From Verrucomicrobiota bacterium (lineage in GTDB: Bacteria; Verrucomicrobiota; Verrucomicrobiia; Limisphaerales; CAIMTB01), in the NCBI GenBank assembly GCA_963205105.1, contig CAUJJW010000212.1:866-64865 (forward strand): a DNA stretch of 64,000 bases, in the 5' to 3' direction. Every line of letters begins with the position of its first letter. The first letter of the stretch is position 1. Under the pieces are notes generated by a model. That model saw only the letters and a list, made by a program, of their open reading frames with translations, searched no databases and was not told where the DNA came from. The translations under genes and the position numbers were made by a program. Positions 35,391 through 45,931 of this stretch are shown here, piece after piece.

Positions 35391-37124
35391 CTACCGCGTC
35401 GGCGACTGGGCCGCCAAGCCTCGGATGACCGCAGGTTCGAGGGCCTGCCGGTAGACCCGCAAATCCGCGAGTTGGCCGTTGAACGGGCCGTTCTTACCGG
35501 TGCCGATCCGCCAGGGGGCATCCGACTCAAGGTCGAAGGGTTTGCCGCTCCTGCGCGCGCTCTCCGACACCAGTTGGCCGTCGAGGTACAGTTTCAGGGT
35601 GTTCACCGACTTCACCGCGGCGACATGGTGCCAGTTCGAGGAGACGCTATGGTCATGGGTGACCTGGAGCCCGGCGGAGAAGGCGAACACCTTGCCGGAG
35701 GGCAGGGTGCTGCAAAACAAGGCCCCCTGATGTTCGGTGAGGGTCCAGGCCCGGCGGTACTTCACGTCGGGGGTGGTGTCCAACTGGGCCAGTCGCTTCC
35801 ACTCTGTCCCGCCCTCATACGAGTAGGCCTCGGCCAACGGCAGGGTGCCCGCGATCAGTCGCCCGTTGTGCACCGCCATGCCCATCACTTCGAGTTCCTG
35901 TCCCAGCCGACCCAGGTCCGACCATCGACCCAAGTCGTCGAAACGATAGACACGGCCGCTGGGCCAGGTGCCGACCAGGAGCTGTCCTTCGTACGACGTG
36001 AAGGAGTACGTCTGGGTGTTGTCGGCGAGGGCGCCGCAGTCGACCCAGGTTTGCCCGTCGTAGCGGTACACGTGTCCGCGGTCGTAGCTGCCGGCGTAGA
36101 GAAAACCGTTGTGAACGGTCAGCGGAACGACCCGGGTGCCATCGGGCGTCCCGCAATCCGTCCATTGCGTGCCGCCTTCGTAACGGAAGAATCCGGCCGG
36201 CTTGTAGAGCGAGGAGGCGTAGAGCGCGCCACGGAACACCACCATGCCACCCACGGATTCCGTAGATGGCAGTCGTCCACAGCTGAGCCACTGGTTGGTG
36301 CCCAGGTATCGGAAGATTTGGCCGCCCAAGGTGGTGTTGGGGGATTCCGGAAGGGAGGAACCGGCGACGCGGTACTTTCCGGTGCCGGCGTAGAGCGAGC
36401 CCTGATGCACAGCGAAGGACGTCACGCTGTTGGCGCCGTCGGGCGCGCCGCAATCGATCCAGTTCGTGCCGCCCGTATAGCGGTAGACCCGACCCGATTG
36501 ACCCAGATCGGGCTCGCAGGTTCCCGCGTACACCGCCCCCTCATGCGTGGCCAGGGCGAAGGCGAAGAGCGCCTGTCCCGGACGTCCGCAATCGCGCCAA
36601 TCCGAAGCCCGATCGTCATCGATGCCGAACTGGAGATGGCGCCAGTTGCTTTGGTTGGAGGTGACCCCGGGATTGCTCTTGAGGGTGAGATGAAAACCTC
36701 GACGCCGGGTCCCGTCGTACTGGCTGGCGAGGTCGCCTGAAACGAGGCCCGTCCTCTCGTCCGACTGCATCCAGACGGCAAGGGTGAAGTCGTTGGTTCC
36801 GAGTGCGGGTGCCTGCGCGGCGGGCACCTCGAGCCAGGATTCAGCCCCGCGGAAGGAAGCGCCGGAATTTGTGGATGGGAAGTCCACCTTCCCGTGGACC
36901 GTTGTGATGGCTCCGCGCACGGATTCGGTGGCATGCCCGGACAAGGGCCAGTGGGCGACCGGGACGGGCAACACCGCTGCGTCCTGCGCTCCCGCAGGGT
37001 GCGCGGGATGGACGAGCAAAAGGGTCACCATTCCTGCGAGATGCAGGCACCGGCCCACCGAAGCAGGATCGGTGAGGGCGCACTGACCTGTCTCCCGATC
37101 CCTGGGGCTGGGAGGAATGTTCAT
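35391..37124 (-). CDS. LamG (concanavalin-A-like lectin) protein with an inserted 7-bladed Kelch-like beta-propeller
   Basis: The LamG N-half reads FRGAESWLEVPAA...NDFTLAVWMQSDE. Seven ~47-aa repeats follow (G.LYAGT....G.VYRY.GG..W.DCG). The LamG C-half reads WHHVAAVKSVNTLKLYLDGQLV...PWRIGTGKNGPFNGQLADLRVYRQAL. The N-terminus is hydrophobic and signal-like. Confidence 0.7.
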   Translation of the reverse strand: MNIPPSPRDRETGQCALTDPASVGRCLHLAGMVTLLLVHPAHPAGAQDAAVLPVPVAHWPLSGHATESVRGAITTVHGKVDFPSTNSGASFRGAESWLEVPAAQAPALGTNDFTLAVWMQSDERTGLVSGDLASQYDGTRRRGFHLTLKSNPGVTSNQSNWRHLQFGIDDDRASDWRDCGRPGQALFAFALATHEGAVYAGTCEPDLGQSGRVYRYTGGTNWIDCGAPDGANSVTSFAVHQGSLYAGTGKYRVAGSSLPESPNTTLGGQIFRYLGTNQWLSCGRLPSTESVGGMVVFRGALYASSLYKPAGFFRYEGGTQWTDCGTPDGTRVVPLTVHNGFLYAGSYDRGHVYRYDGQTWVDCGALADNTQTYSFTSYEGQLLVGTWPSGRVYRFDDLGRWSDLGRLGQELEVMGMAVHNGRLIAGTLPLAEAYSYEGGTEWKRLAQLDTTPDVKYRRAWTLTEHQGALFCSTLPSGKVFAFSAGLQVTHDHSVSSNWHHVAAVKSVNTLKLYLDGQLVSESARRSGKPFDLESDAPWRIGTGKNGPFNGQLADLRVYRQALEPAVIRGLAAQSPTR

Positions 37125-37133
37125 GAGTGCTCT

Positions 37134-38456
37134 TCAGACCTTGGGTAATTGCCACGGATCGCGCCGCGGACGGTCCATGAGCTTGTTGGCTGCTTCGTCG
37201 CCGACGAACGTTTCCTTCACGGGATCCCAGTGGAGCGGTCGGCGCAGTTCGATGGCGAGGTTCGCCAGATGGCACACGGTCGAAACCCGGTGCCCGATAT
37301 CGACCGGGAAGTACGGATCCTTGCGGCTCTTCACGCACTTCAGGAAGTCGTCATGTTCACCGGCGGGATTGGTGTACAGGTGGAGTTCTTCGGGGCCGAT
37401 CTTGGATTCGAGGATCTTGGGTGAACTGGCTTCAACGGGACCGCGCCAGCCGGTGTTGCCAACCCAGCCGTCGGTGCCGATGAACCGGATGCTGGGGTTG
37501 CCGGGTTTGCAGGTCATCACGACACCATTCGCGTAGCGGATGGTGACGTCATAGTCCTTCACGGTGTTGTAGAGGCCGCCTTCCCAGAACGTGCCGGTGC
37601 CTTCGATGGCCACGGGTCCGCTGCGTTCGGTGTCGTTCGCCCATTGGGCGGTGTCGAAGAGATGCGTGCCCCAGTCGCAGATGATTCCGCCCGAGTAATC
37701 GCGGATCCAACGGAAGTTGAAGTGAACGCGATCCTTGTTGTACGGCGCGAACGGGGCGGGCCCCAGCCACATCTCGTAGTCGAGGCCCGCCGGGACCGGT
37801 TGGGGTGTGGGATCGCCGGGAATGCCGGGCTGCTTGGGCAGGATGACTTCGATGCGTTGGAGTTTGCCGATGCGACCGTTCCGAACCAGTTCGGCCATGC
37901 GATGGTATTCCGGCACGGCCCGGTCCTCGGTGCTCGTTTGGAAGACGCGCTTGGTTTTGCGCACTGCTTCCACCAGCACCTTGCCCTCGTGAATCGTCAG
38001 CGTGGGCTTCTCGCACTGCACGTCCTTGCCCGCCTGGAGCGCCATCAGGCTGATCAGGGTGTGCCAGTGGTCGGGCGTGGAGATCATCACGGCATCGATG
38101 TCTTTGCGGGCCAGAACCTCGCGGAAATCCTTGGTGGAAAGGCAATCCTCGTTGCCGTGGTGCTCGTCCACGGTCTCCTTGGCTCGAAAGAGGCGGCGTT
38201 CGTCGACGTCGCAGACCGCGAGGATTTGGGCCGCCTTCTGCTTGCGATAGAATGCCAGGTTCCAGGCGGTGCCGTGATCGCCCACCCCGATGAATCCGAC
38301 GGTGATCCGCTCGCTGGGCGGCACCTGTCCGTTGGCGCCGAGCACGGAGGAAGGAACGATCGTGGGGAAGGCCACGGCGCCGCCGGCCAGTGCGGCGCGT
38401 TTCAGAAAGGAACGCCGGGAGTGCGAGCCTGAGGAGGTCACGGGAGGCGTGTTCAT
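37134..38456 (-). CDS. Gfo/Idh/MocA family oxidoreductase with twin-arginine signal
   Basis: Start set at ATG 38456 (MNTPPVTSSGSHSRRSFLKRAALAGGAVAF). Rossmann motif: VGFIGVGDHG; also TPDHWH and a C-terminal alpha/beta domain. Confidence 0.85.
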   Translation of the reverse strand: MNTPPVTSSGSHSRRSFLKRAALAGGAVAFPTIVPSSVLGANGQVPPSERITVGFIGVGDHGTAWNLAFYRKQKAAQILAVCDVDERRLFRAKETVDEHHGNEDCLSTKDFREVLARKDIDAVMISTPDHWHTLISLMALQAGKDVQCEKPTLTIHEGKVLVEAVRKTKRVFQTSTEDRAVPEYHRMAELVRNGRIGKLQRIEVILPKQPGIPGDPTPQPVPAGLDYEMWLGPAPFAPYNKDRVHFNFRWIRDYSGGIICDWGTHLFDTAQWANDTERSGPVAIEGTGTFWEGGLYNTVKDYDVTIRYANGVVMTCKPGNPSIRFIGTDGWVGNTGWRGPVEASSPKILESKIGPEELHLYTNPAGEHDDFLKCVKSRKDPYFPVDIGHRVSTVCHLANLAIELRRPLHWDPVKETFVGDEAANKLMDRPRRDPWQLPKV

Positions 38457-38508
38457 AGGACGCCGGAGCGTCGCCGGGGAAGTGCGTTGGGCGCAAGGAT
38501 GCGTCCGC

Positions 38509-39474
38509 TTACCGAGGCGCATCGGCCATGAGGACCGACAGACTCAGGTCGCGCACCTGCATGTCCACGTCGAAGAGCCCTGGCACTTCCCAGCCCAGAT
38601 TCATGCCGGTGACCCTGTAGTCCGAGAGGTCGCGCGATTCCGTCAGAAAACCGCGCCTCCAGGCCGTCTCAAGCGCTTCGAGGAAAAGCGGACGAAGATC
38701 CTTGTCCACGCGAATCCAGTCGCGGTCGTGGGCGCTTCGGTCCGAGTACACCTCGCCGCCCGGGGTGAAAATAAACATCGAGGTGCCGCCGGTGTCCTGG
38801 TGCTTGTGTTCCTTGGGGAACCGGGAGCGGTCGTCGTAGAGGGGGACGCCAAACCACACGAGCTTCCCGTGGCCGGCGGAATCGAGGTTGCGATTCTGAA
38901 GCGTGAGGAAGAGCTGGAACTGGGCCGCGTGCCGATCTGGGGAATGATCCGGTGTACGATGAAGCTCCGATCGCAGCAGGCGTGCTTTCAACTGGAGCCG
39001 CGCAGATTGGATCTCGGTCAGCGAGAGCGGGTGGGTGAAGGATTGTTCCACGAGCAGATGAACCCAGGGTTCGCCGTCCTTGCGGGCACGGCGGTCATAG
39101 TCATCGATGGCGTTCACCCCCAGGGCGAGGTCTGCTTCCTCGGTTCCGATCGCTCCCAGGGTGACCGTTTTCCCCGCATTGGCCCAGCGACGGACCCCGG
39201 GCTTGAGAGGACGCGGTTCCGCGGCTGCCAGGGGGAATCGGCTGGACCATTGGTCGAGATCCCACACCGGGGCGGTCGCGGTCGAGACGCCCGCCAGCCG
39301 GCCGTAGGCGACGCGCTGACACGGCTTTGGACCGATCAGATGGAACCCGGCCTGGAAGTGCGGATCGCGGATGAGTTCGCGGGTGGCGGGCGCAGCGGCC
39401 AACATGGCTGGAGTGGATGCGGTGGCAAGGATCAGGGCGGGGCTCGCCGCCTTGAGGAACGAGCGTCGGTTCAT
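38509..39474 (-). CDS. Exported hypothetical protein (321 aa, Tat-like signal)
   Basis: Start set at ATG 39474 (MNRRSFLKAASPALILATASTPAMLAAAPA). The composition is protein-like (RDPHFQAGFHLIGP..., WDLDQWSS, LVWFGVPLYDDRS). I recognised no family. It is first in a co-directional trio with the two genes downstream. Confidence 0.6.
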   Translation of the reverse strand: MNRRSFLKAASPALILATASTPAMLAAAPATRELIRDPHFQAGFHLIGPKPCQRVAYGRLAGVSTATAPVWDLDQWSSRFPLAAAEPRPLKPGVRRWANAGKTVTLGAIGTEEADLALGVNAIDDYDRRARKDGEPWVHLLVEQSFTHPLSLTEIQSARLQLKARLLRSELHRTPDHSPDRHAAQFQLFLTLQNRNLDSAGHGKLVWFGVPLYDDRSRFPKEHKHQDTGGTSMFIFTPGGEVYSDRSAHDRDWIRVDKDLRPLFLEALETAWRRGFLTESRDLSDYRVTGMNLGWEVPGLFDVDMQVRDLSLSVLMADAPR

Positions 39475-39733
39475 GGGTAGGAGAATGATTCGCGAATCAC
39501 GTGTTGGGACCATGAACTTGAACCGCCAACGTGAGGAGGCTGGATCAAGGGGAGGCCGGGAGAACCGAAACAACGTAAGCCCATGGCGTGAGCCCTGAGC
39601 CAAGCGAACGATTCTGCTGGATCTCACGCCAAGACGCGAAGACGCCAAGAAGGACTGTCCGAGAAAGAGGCTGGCGCCTGGAAGGAATCGCGAACCAAGA
39701 GGTGTGGGTGATTACGATGAGGAGGGGAGTTAC

Positions 39734-39940
39734 GGTTCATGGAGAGCACCTTGTTCGAAGCCGACCTGCTCACGGGCCATGAACCGGGGATTCCAGGGGG
39801 CGAGACGCCCCCTTCTACGGCAGGCGGGACGCCCGCCGCTACGGACGACCGGTTCATGGAGAGCACCTTGTTCGAAGCCGACCTGCTCACGGCCCATGAA
39901 CCGGGGATTCCGGGGGGCGGGACGCCCGCCGCTACGGAGG
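39734..39940 (-). repeat. Two tandem module-A units (- orientation; full + short form)
   Basis: 39734-39850 is a full unit (ggttcatggagagcaccttgttcgaagccgacctgctcacgggccatgaacc + GGGGGCGAGACGCCCCC + GGCGGGACGCCCGCC). 39851-39940 is the short form. Related repeat fragments extend upstream to about 39485, including atgattcgcgaatcacgtgttgggaccatgaac, which also occurs at 15257-15289. Confidence 0.85.
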
Positions 39941-40095
39941 CACGGTTCGTGGGAAGGTTCGGCAAAGGCCCAGGGTCGACGTCACGAGTCGTCCTGCGTA
40001 GCATCCTCTCACCCGCGACGTTTGCCAGGCCGACCACGACATGGCTTGATCCTCGCGTTCACGCTCACGCTCACTGCCGCTTTCCAGTCCACCGC

Positions 40096-43000
40096 ATGAA
40101 ACCGCTGCTCCTTTCCCTCGCTTGCCTGGTGTCGGGTTCATGGTTGCACGCGGCCACGGTCGACTACCGTCGCACCATTCAACCGTTGCTTGCCGAGCAC
40201 TGCTTTCACTGCCACGGCCAGGACGAAGGCACGCGCAAAGGCGGACTGAGGCTCGACGACCGGGACGCGGCCTTGAAGGGCGGCAAGTCCGACGGCCCCG
40301 CGTTGGTACCAGGGCAGCCCGACAAAAGCGCCCTCCTGACCCGCATCCTGTCGCATGACACCGACGAGGTCATGCCGCCGCCCAAGGAAAAGAAACCCAT
40401 CCTTCCGTCCGATGCGGAAACGATTCGCCAATGGATTCTCGAAGGGGCGCCCTACGCCGGGCATTGGGCGTTCGCGGCCCCCGTCAAAAAGGCGCTGCCG
40501 GACGGAGTGGGCACGGACCATCCGGTCGACGCCTTCATCCTGGAACGTTTGCAGAAGGAGGGCCTGTCGATGTCGGCGCCCGCCACTCCGGAGGCTGTGT
40601 GTCGCCGATTGCATCTGGACCTGATCGGGCTTCCTCCCTCTCCCGCGGCGTTGGATGCCTTCGCCGTCGAGGTGTCGTCCAAGGGGTTGAAGACCGCCGC
40701 CGAAGGGCTGGCGGATGCCCTCATGAAGGACAAACGCTATGGCGAGAAATGGGCGCGACACTGGCTCGATGCGGCTCGTTATTCGGACAGCAACGGCTTT
40801 GAGAAGGACCTCCCGCGCGAACAATGGCCCTGGCGCGACTGGGTGATTCAGGCGTTCAACTCCGACATGCCGTATGACCAGTTCGTCCTCGAACAGATTG
40901 CCGGCGACCTGCTGCCCAACCGGACCCAGCAGCAACTCGTCGCCACCGGCTACCTGCGCAACAGCATGCTCAACGAAGAAGGCGCCATCGTTCCGGAGGA
41001 GTGGCGCATGGAGGCCATGTTCGACCGCATGGACGCCGTGGGCTCCGGCATTCTTGGGCTTTCGCTCAAGTGCGGCCAATGCCACACGCACAAGTTCGAT
41101 CCGCTGCCGCACACCGAGTACTACGGGCTGCTTGCCTTCCTGAACAACACCTACGAGGCCCAATCCTGGATCTTCACCGAAGACCAGATGAAGAGCATCG
41201 CCAAAGTCCGGGAAGGCATCACCGCGGTGGAGGAGCGCCTAAAGAAGCAGCACCCCGATTGGGACCAAAAACTCGCCGCCTGGGAACTCGCTGAACTGGA
41301 ACGCTGGAAAAAGACCGCGTGGACCGTGGTCGAAGCCGAAGACACGCATTCCTCCTCCGAGCTGAACCATCCCACCATTCTGCCGGACCAAAGCATTCTG
41401 ACCCTCGGCCACCGCACGATCTCGGGAGACGTTCACCTGATCGCCGCACCCAACGTCGAGAACGTCACCGGCCTCCGGTTGGAGATTCTTAAGCACGGTG
41501 ACCTGCCCTATGGCGGACCGGGCCGCAGTTTCCGTGGCACCTGGGCCCTGACCGAACTCGTGGTCGAGGCGAAGAAACCCGGCAGCAACACGTGGGAACG
41601 ATTGAAACTGGTGAACCCTTCCGCCGACTTTGAGGAACCCACGGCGGGCATGGAACCGGAGTGGGCCAATCGGTCGAGCGACAAGGACAACCGCCGTCTC
41701 CGCGGACCCGTGGCGTTCATGGTCGACGGCGATGACAAGACCGCCTGGCGCGCCGACCGCGGCCGAGGCCGACGCAATGCGGAATCCGTCGCCGTGGTGC
41801 AGTTCGAGAAACCCCTGACGCTGCCGCCAGGAACGAAGCTCAAGATCGCCCTGGTGACGAATCACGGCGGGGACGACAACGGACCCAAGAACACCCAGGT
41901 GGGCCGATTTCGCGTGGCCCTCACCCAGACGCCTGATCCCCGGGTGCCTCGCACGCCTTATGCGGCGATCCTGGCACTCCAGACGCCGGTTGGGGAACTG
42001 GCCCTGGACCAGAGGCAGTCCCTGTTGGATGCATGGCGCCAAGCGACGCCGGAATTGAAGTCGTTCAATGACGAGATCGATCGACTCTGGGACGGCTACC
42101 CCGAGGCCACGACGTCCGTCCTTCACCTCGCCGAGCGCCGTCCGAGCGACACCCGGGAGACACGGCGTCTCGATCGAGGTGTGTGGAGCCAGGGCAAGGA
42201 GGCGGTTCAACCTCATGTTCCCGCCGCATTGCATCCGTTGCCGACGGCAGCTTCGTCGACCTCGCCGCGTCTTGCTTTTGCCCAATGGCTGGTGGATCGG
42301 CGTTCGCCCCTCACGGCGCGGGTGGCGGTGAATCGCGTTTGGCAGACGCTCTTCGGGGTCGGCATCGTCGAGACGACGGAGGATTTCGGCACCCGCGCGC
42401 CCGAACCGTCGCATGCTGACCTGCTCGACTGGCTGGCGATGGACTTCATGGAACAGGGTTGGAGTCAGAAACGTCTGTTGCGCCTTCTGGTGACGTCGTC
42501 GACGTATCTGCAGCGCTCAGCCACGACGCCGGAACTGCTGGAGCGCGATCCGCGGAATCGCCTGCTAACCCGGGGACCGCGTTTTCGAGTCGAAGCCGAA
42601 GTGGTGCGCGACATCGTTCTGTGCGCCTCGGGATTGCTGGCCGACAAGTTCGGAGGGCCGAGCATCTTCCCGCCGGTGCCGCAGAGCGTGTTGGATTTCA
42701 ACTATTTCAAACCCGACTACTGGAAGCCGGCCGAGGATGCCACGCGTTACAGCCGGGCGCTGTACGTCTTCCGCAAACGTTCCATGCCCGATCCGGCGAT
42801 GATCGCCTTTGATGCACCCACGGGGGACACCGCCTGCACCCGGCGTCCACGGTCCAATTCGCCGCTGGCGGCGCTGACCGCGATGAACGAGCCGATCTTC
42901 GTCGAGGCCGCGCAGTCCCTGGCGCTGCGCGTGCTGCGCGAGGCAGGGCCTGACGACACGACGCGGGTCGATCACGCGTTCCGGCTGTGCACCAGCCGGC

Positions 43001-43215
43001 TGCCATCGGATGAAGAGCGCGCCGAGGTGCTTCAATTGCTTCACAGCCGACGCGAGCGCCTTCGACGCGGTGAACTCAAGGCGGGCGAGATTGCTTTCTC
43101 GGCGTTCTCCAAGCCCGCGGACATTCCAGCCGACGTGACGCCCAACGAAGTGGCCGCCTGGGCGATCACCTCGCGTGTGCTTCTCAACCTCGACGAAACC
43201 ATCGCCAAGAACTGA
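40096..43215 (+). CDS. PSCyt1 (planctomycete cytochrome c) - DUF1549 - beta-sandwich - DUF1553 protein
   Basis: Start set at ATG 40096 ([19 protein letters not shown], signal peptide). The listed ORF start at 39739 lies inside the repeat array. Motifs: CFHCHG (CxxCH), [13 protein letters not shown] (DUF1549), [21 protein letters not shown] (DUF1553). Confidence 0.85.
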   Translation: MKPLLLSLACLVSGSWLHAATVDYRRTIQPLLAEHCFHCHGQDEGTRKGGLRLDDRDAALKGGKSDGPALVPGQPDKSALLTRILSHDTDEVMPPPKEKKPILPSDAETIRQWILEGAPYAGHWAFAAPVKKALPDGVGTDHPVDAFILERLQKEGLSMSAPATPEAVCRRLHLDLIGLPPSPAALDAFAVEVSSKGLKTAAEGLADALMKDKRYGEKWARHWLDAARYSDSNGFEKDLPREQWPWRDWVIQAFNSDMPYDQFVLEQIAGDLLPNRTQQQLVATGYLRNSMLNEEGAIVPEEWRMEAMFDRMDAVGSGILGLSLKCGQCHTHKFDPLPHTEYYGLLAFLNNTYEAQSWIFTEDQMKSIAKVREGITAVEERLKKQHPDWDQKLAAWELAELERWKKTAWTVVEAEDTHSSSELNHPTILPDQSILTLGHRTISGDVHLIAAPNVENVTGLRLEILKHGDLPYGGPGRSFRGTWALTELVVEAKKPGSNTWERLKLVNPSADFEEPTAGMEPEWANRSSDKDNRRLRGPVAFMVDGDDKTAWRADRGRGRRNAESVAVVQFEKPLTLPPGTKLKIALVTNHGGDDNGPKNTQVGRFRVALTQTPDPRVPRTPYAAILALQTPVGELALDQRQSLLDAWRQATPELKSFNDEIDRLWDGYPEATTSVLHLAERRPSDTRETRRLDRGVWSQGKEAVQPHVPAALHPLPTAASSTSPRLAFAQWLVDRRSPLTARVAVNRVWQTLFGVGIVETTEDFGTRAPEPSHADLLDWLAMDFMEQGWSQKRLLRLLVTSSTYLQRSATTPELLERDPRNRLLTRGPRFRVEAEVVRDIVLCASGLLADKFGGPSIFPPVPQSVLDFNYFKPDYWKPAEDATRYSRALYVFRKRSMPDPAMIAFDAPTGDTACTRRPRSNSPLAALTAMNEPIFVEAAQSLALRVLREAGPDDTTRVDHAFRLCTSRLPSDEERAEVLQLLHSRRERLRRGELKAGEIAFSAFSKPADIPADVTPNEVAAWAITSRVLLNLDETIAKN

Positions 43216-43218
43216 TCC

Positions 43219-44643
43219 ATGAACCTCGTGTCCGAACTCCATCGGCAAAGCGCCCGCCATGTTTCCCGGCGCTGGTTTCTGCGGGACTGCACCCTGGGTT
43301 TGGGCGCCATCGCCCTGAACAACCTGATTCAGAAAGAGGCGATCGCCGCCCCTGCAGGTCCTTTGGCGCCGCGGGTGTCGCACTTCCCGGGCAAGGCCAA
43401 GCGTGTCATCTACCTCTTTCACGCCGGGGCTCCCAGCCACCTGGAGCTGTTCGACTACAAACCGGAATTGGAGAAGCGCAACGGCCAGTTGCCACCCGCA
43501 AGTCTGCTGAAGGACTACCGCGCCGCCTTCATCAAGCCGAACTCCGCCTTGCTTGGCCCCAAGTTCAAGTTCGCCCCGCGCGGCGCCTGCGGCATGGAAC
43601 TGAGCGAGGTGCTTCCCCACTTGGGAAGTGTCGCCGACGACATCTGCCTGATCCGGTCCATGCAGACCGACGCCGTGAATCACGCGCCGGCGCAGATCCT
43701 GATGAACACCGGCAACCAGAACTTTGGCCGGCCCAGCTTCGGCGCCTGGACCTTGTACGGTCTGGGCAGTGAGAGCCGCGATCTTCCGGGTTATGTCGTC
43801 TTGAGCAGCGCCAATGGGACCAGCGGCGGCGCGAGCAACTATGGGTCCGGTTTCCTGCCCAACATGTACGGCGGCGTGCCCTTCCGCGGCGCGGGGGATC
43901 CGGTCTTGTACCTCTCCAATCCCAAGGGATTCGATGCCGAGACCCAGCGGGCGTCGCTCGACACCTTGAACCGGCTGAATGCCCAGGCCTACCAACAGGC
44001 CGGCGATCCTGACATCGCGGCCCGCATTCAGAGCTACGAAATGGCGTATCGATTGCAGAGCAGCGCGCCGGACTTGATCGACCTGTCGTCGGAACCGCAG
44101 CACGTGCTGGATCTGTACGGCATCAAGGACGTGAAGAAGTCCGGGTACGCGCGCAACTGTCTGCTGGCCCGGCGCATGATCGAACGCGGGGTGCGTTTCG
44201 TGCAGTTGTTCCATGAGGCTTGGGACCACCACGGCGGCCTGACCAACGGGGTGAAACAGAACTGCCTGGACACCGACCAAGCCAGCGCCGCCCTGGTGAA
44301 GGATCTCAAACAGCGCGGACTCCTGGACGACACGTTGATCGTCTGGGGCGGTGAGTTTGGCCGAACACCGATGGTGCAGGGCGGCAATGACGGTCGGGAT
44401 CATCACAACCGATGCTTCTCCTTCTGGCTGGCGGGTGGCGGGGTCAAGCCCGGGCACGTTCACGGGTCCACCGACGACCTTGGATTCAACGTGGCGACGG
44501 ACCCGGTGCACGTGAACGACTTGAACGCCACGCTGCTGCACCTGCTGGGCTTCGATCACCAAAAGCTTACCTACCGCGTCCAGGGACTGGACATGCGGCT
44601 CACCGGCATCGCGGGCAACCTGGTGAAAGGAATCCTGGCTTGA
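43219..44643 (+). CDS. DUF1501 domain protein (Tat signal)
   Basis: The ATG is 3 nt after the upstream stop. RRWFLRDCTLGLGAIAL is a twin-arginine signal. Family motifs: AGAPSHLELFDYKPEL, GEFGRTP, GRDHH. Confidence 0.9.
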   Translation: MNLVSELHRQSARHVSRRWFLRDCTLGLGAIALNNLIQKEAIAAPAGPLAPRVSHFPGKAKRVIYLFHAGAPSHLELFDYKPELEKRNGQLPPASLLKDYRAAFIKPNSALLGPKFKFAPRGACGMELSEVLPHLGSVADDICLIRSMQTDAVNHAPAQILMNTGNQNFGRPSFGAWTLYGLGSESRDLPGYVVLSSANGTSGGASNYGSGFLPNMYGGVPFRGAGDPVLYLSNPKGFDAETQRASLDTLNRLNAQAYQQAGDPDIAARIQSYEMAYRLQSSAPDLIDLSSEPQHVLDLYGIKDVKKSGYARNCLLARRMIERGVRFVQLFHEAWDHHGGLTNGVKQNCLDTDQASAALVKDLKQRGLLDDTLIVWGGEFGRTPMVQGGNDGRDHHNRCFSFWLAGGGVKPGHVHGSTDDLGFNVATDPVHVNDLNATLLHLLGFDHQKLTYRVQGLDMRLTGIAGNLVKGILA

Positions 44644-44681
44644 GGAAACTGCACCCGGCTGTCCTGCGCCGCTGACCCATC

Positions 44682-45575
44682 GTGGTTTCCAAATTGAAAA
44701 CCGCCCGATTGCCATCCGCGCCGGCCTCCATCGAGAAAGGCAAATCCCTGGCGACACTGCTCGACCGTGAAGCGGTGGATTGCCTCGCCCACAACATCGC
44801 CATCGTTCATGCGCGTTTCGACGACGACCGGTTCCGCCGGACCGCCATGGAAGGTCTTGCGCCGCTCGCCATTCTGGATCGCGGTCATCATCTGGCGCGG
44901 GCGCTGCGCGAACACCTTCCCGCCCGGTATGAGGATGCCATTCGGATTCTGATCGAATCGCTGACGCCGGTGTTGTCCCGGACCTCGGACAACGGGCTGG
45001 CGCCGTTCTTTTACCTGCCCCACGTTTTTTTTGTGTCCAACTACGGTTTGGACCCTGAAGGCAACGGCGGTCGCGACCCGTTTGAGGTGTCCATGGAAGC
45101 CCAATACGAGATCACCCGCCGGTTCAGCGCCGAGTTCTCGATCCGACAGTTCCTGATCCGGTGGCAGGACCGTACCCTGGCGCGCCTGATGGAGTGGACG
45201 AGCGACCCCGACCCGCACGTGCGCCGGTTGTGCACGGAGGGATCACGGTCGCGGTTGCCGTGGGCGATGCGCATCCCGGCCTTCATGAAGGATCCACGGC
45301 CGACGCTGCCGATTCTGGAGCGGCTCAAGGATGACCCGGAAGAATACGTCCGACGTAGCGTGGCAAATCACGTCGGCGACATCGCCAAGGACCACCCCAA
45401 CGTGGCCTTCGAACTCTGCGAGCGGTGGGCGAAGGGGGCGTCGGAGGAGCTCAAGTGGGTGATCCGCCACGCCGTGCGGCATCCGGCCAAGAAGGGTGTG
45501 AAGGAGGCGTTGCGCCTGCGCGAGATCGCCAAGGCCAGCGGGAGGAGGAAGCGTGTGGAGGCTGATGAGGAGTGA
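44682..45575 (+). CDS. DNA alkylation repair enzyme family (AlkD-like HEAT-repeat) protein
   Basis: GTG start at 44682. The C-terminal half (DPDPHVRRLCTEGSRSRLPWAMRIPAFMKDPRPTLPILERLKDDPEEYVRRSVANHVGDIAKDHP) fits the DNA_alkylation family pattern. Confidence 0.75.
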   Translation: MVSKLKTARLPSAPASIEKGKSLATLLDREAVDCLAHNIAIVHARFDDDRFRRTAMEGLAPLAILDRGHHLARALREHLPARYEDAIRILIESLTPVLSRTSDNGLAPFFYLPHVFFVSNYGLDPEGNGGRDPFEVSMEAQYEITRRFSAEFSIRQFLIRWQDRTLARLMEWTSDPDPHVRRLCTEGSRSRLPWAMRIPAFMKDPRPTLPILERLKDDPEEYVRRSVANHVGDIAKDHPNVAFELCERWAKGASEELKWVIRHAVRHPAKKGVKEALRLREIAKASGRRKRVEADEE

Positions 45576-45602
45576 GCATGGCGCCCAAGCCAGTATTGGT
45601 CT

Positions 45603-45900
45603 CCATGAACCTCCATCTCCAGCCCCGGACGGGGCGGCGAGACCCTAGCCCACGGCGTGAGCCGTGGGGACACGACCCACAAGAATAACCAAAGCCCCGG
45701 AGGGGCGATCAGAGAACCAGGGGCGGGCAGAACATCATAAATACCAACCCCACCGCGGCCGAGTCGGATCGCCCTTCCGGGGCTCGAAATCCAATACAAC
45801 GCCACACCCATGGCTCACGCCATGGGCTTCCGTTCCTTCGGCTCTCCGGGCCTCCGTAGCGGCGGGTGTCTCGCACCTCGGAATCCCCGGTTCATGAGCC
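45603..45900 (+). repeat. Module-B repeat, copy B2, with a trailing partial module A
   Basis: It starts at CCATGAACC (45603-45611). Hairpin a is at 45649-45668, the 21-nt arms at 45693-45713 and 45764-45784, and hairpin c at 45807-45826. It ends ...ccgtagcggcgggtgtctcgcacctcggaatccccggttcatgagcc. Confidence 0.9.
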
Positions 45901-45931
45901 CAACTCGCAAGTCGCGACTTGGTGGGAACCT

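Noticed and set aside
42565-44757. 730-aa ORF on the minus strand
   Set aside because: It is antisense to the DUF1553 3' end and the whole DUF1501 gene. The translation is R/G/A/P/V-rich with no motifs or signal. The plus-strand genes carry clear family motifs. This is a typical GC-rich shadow ORF.
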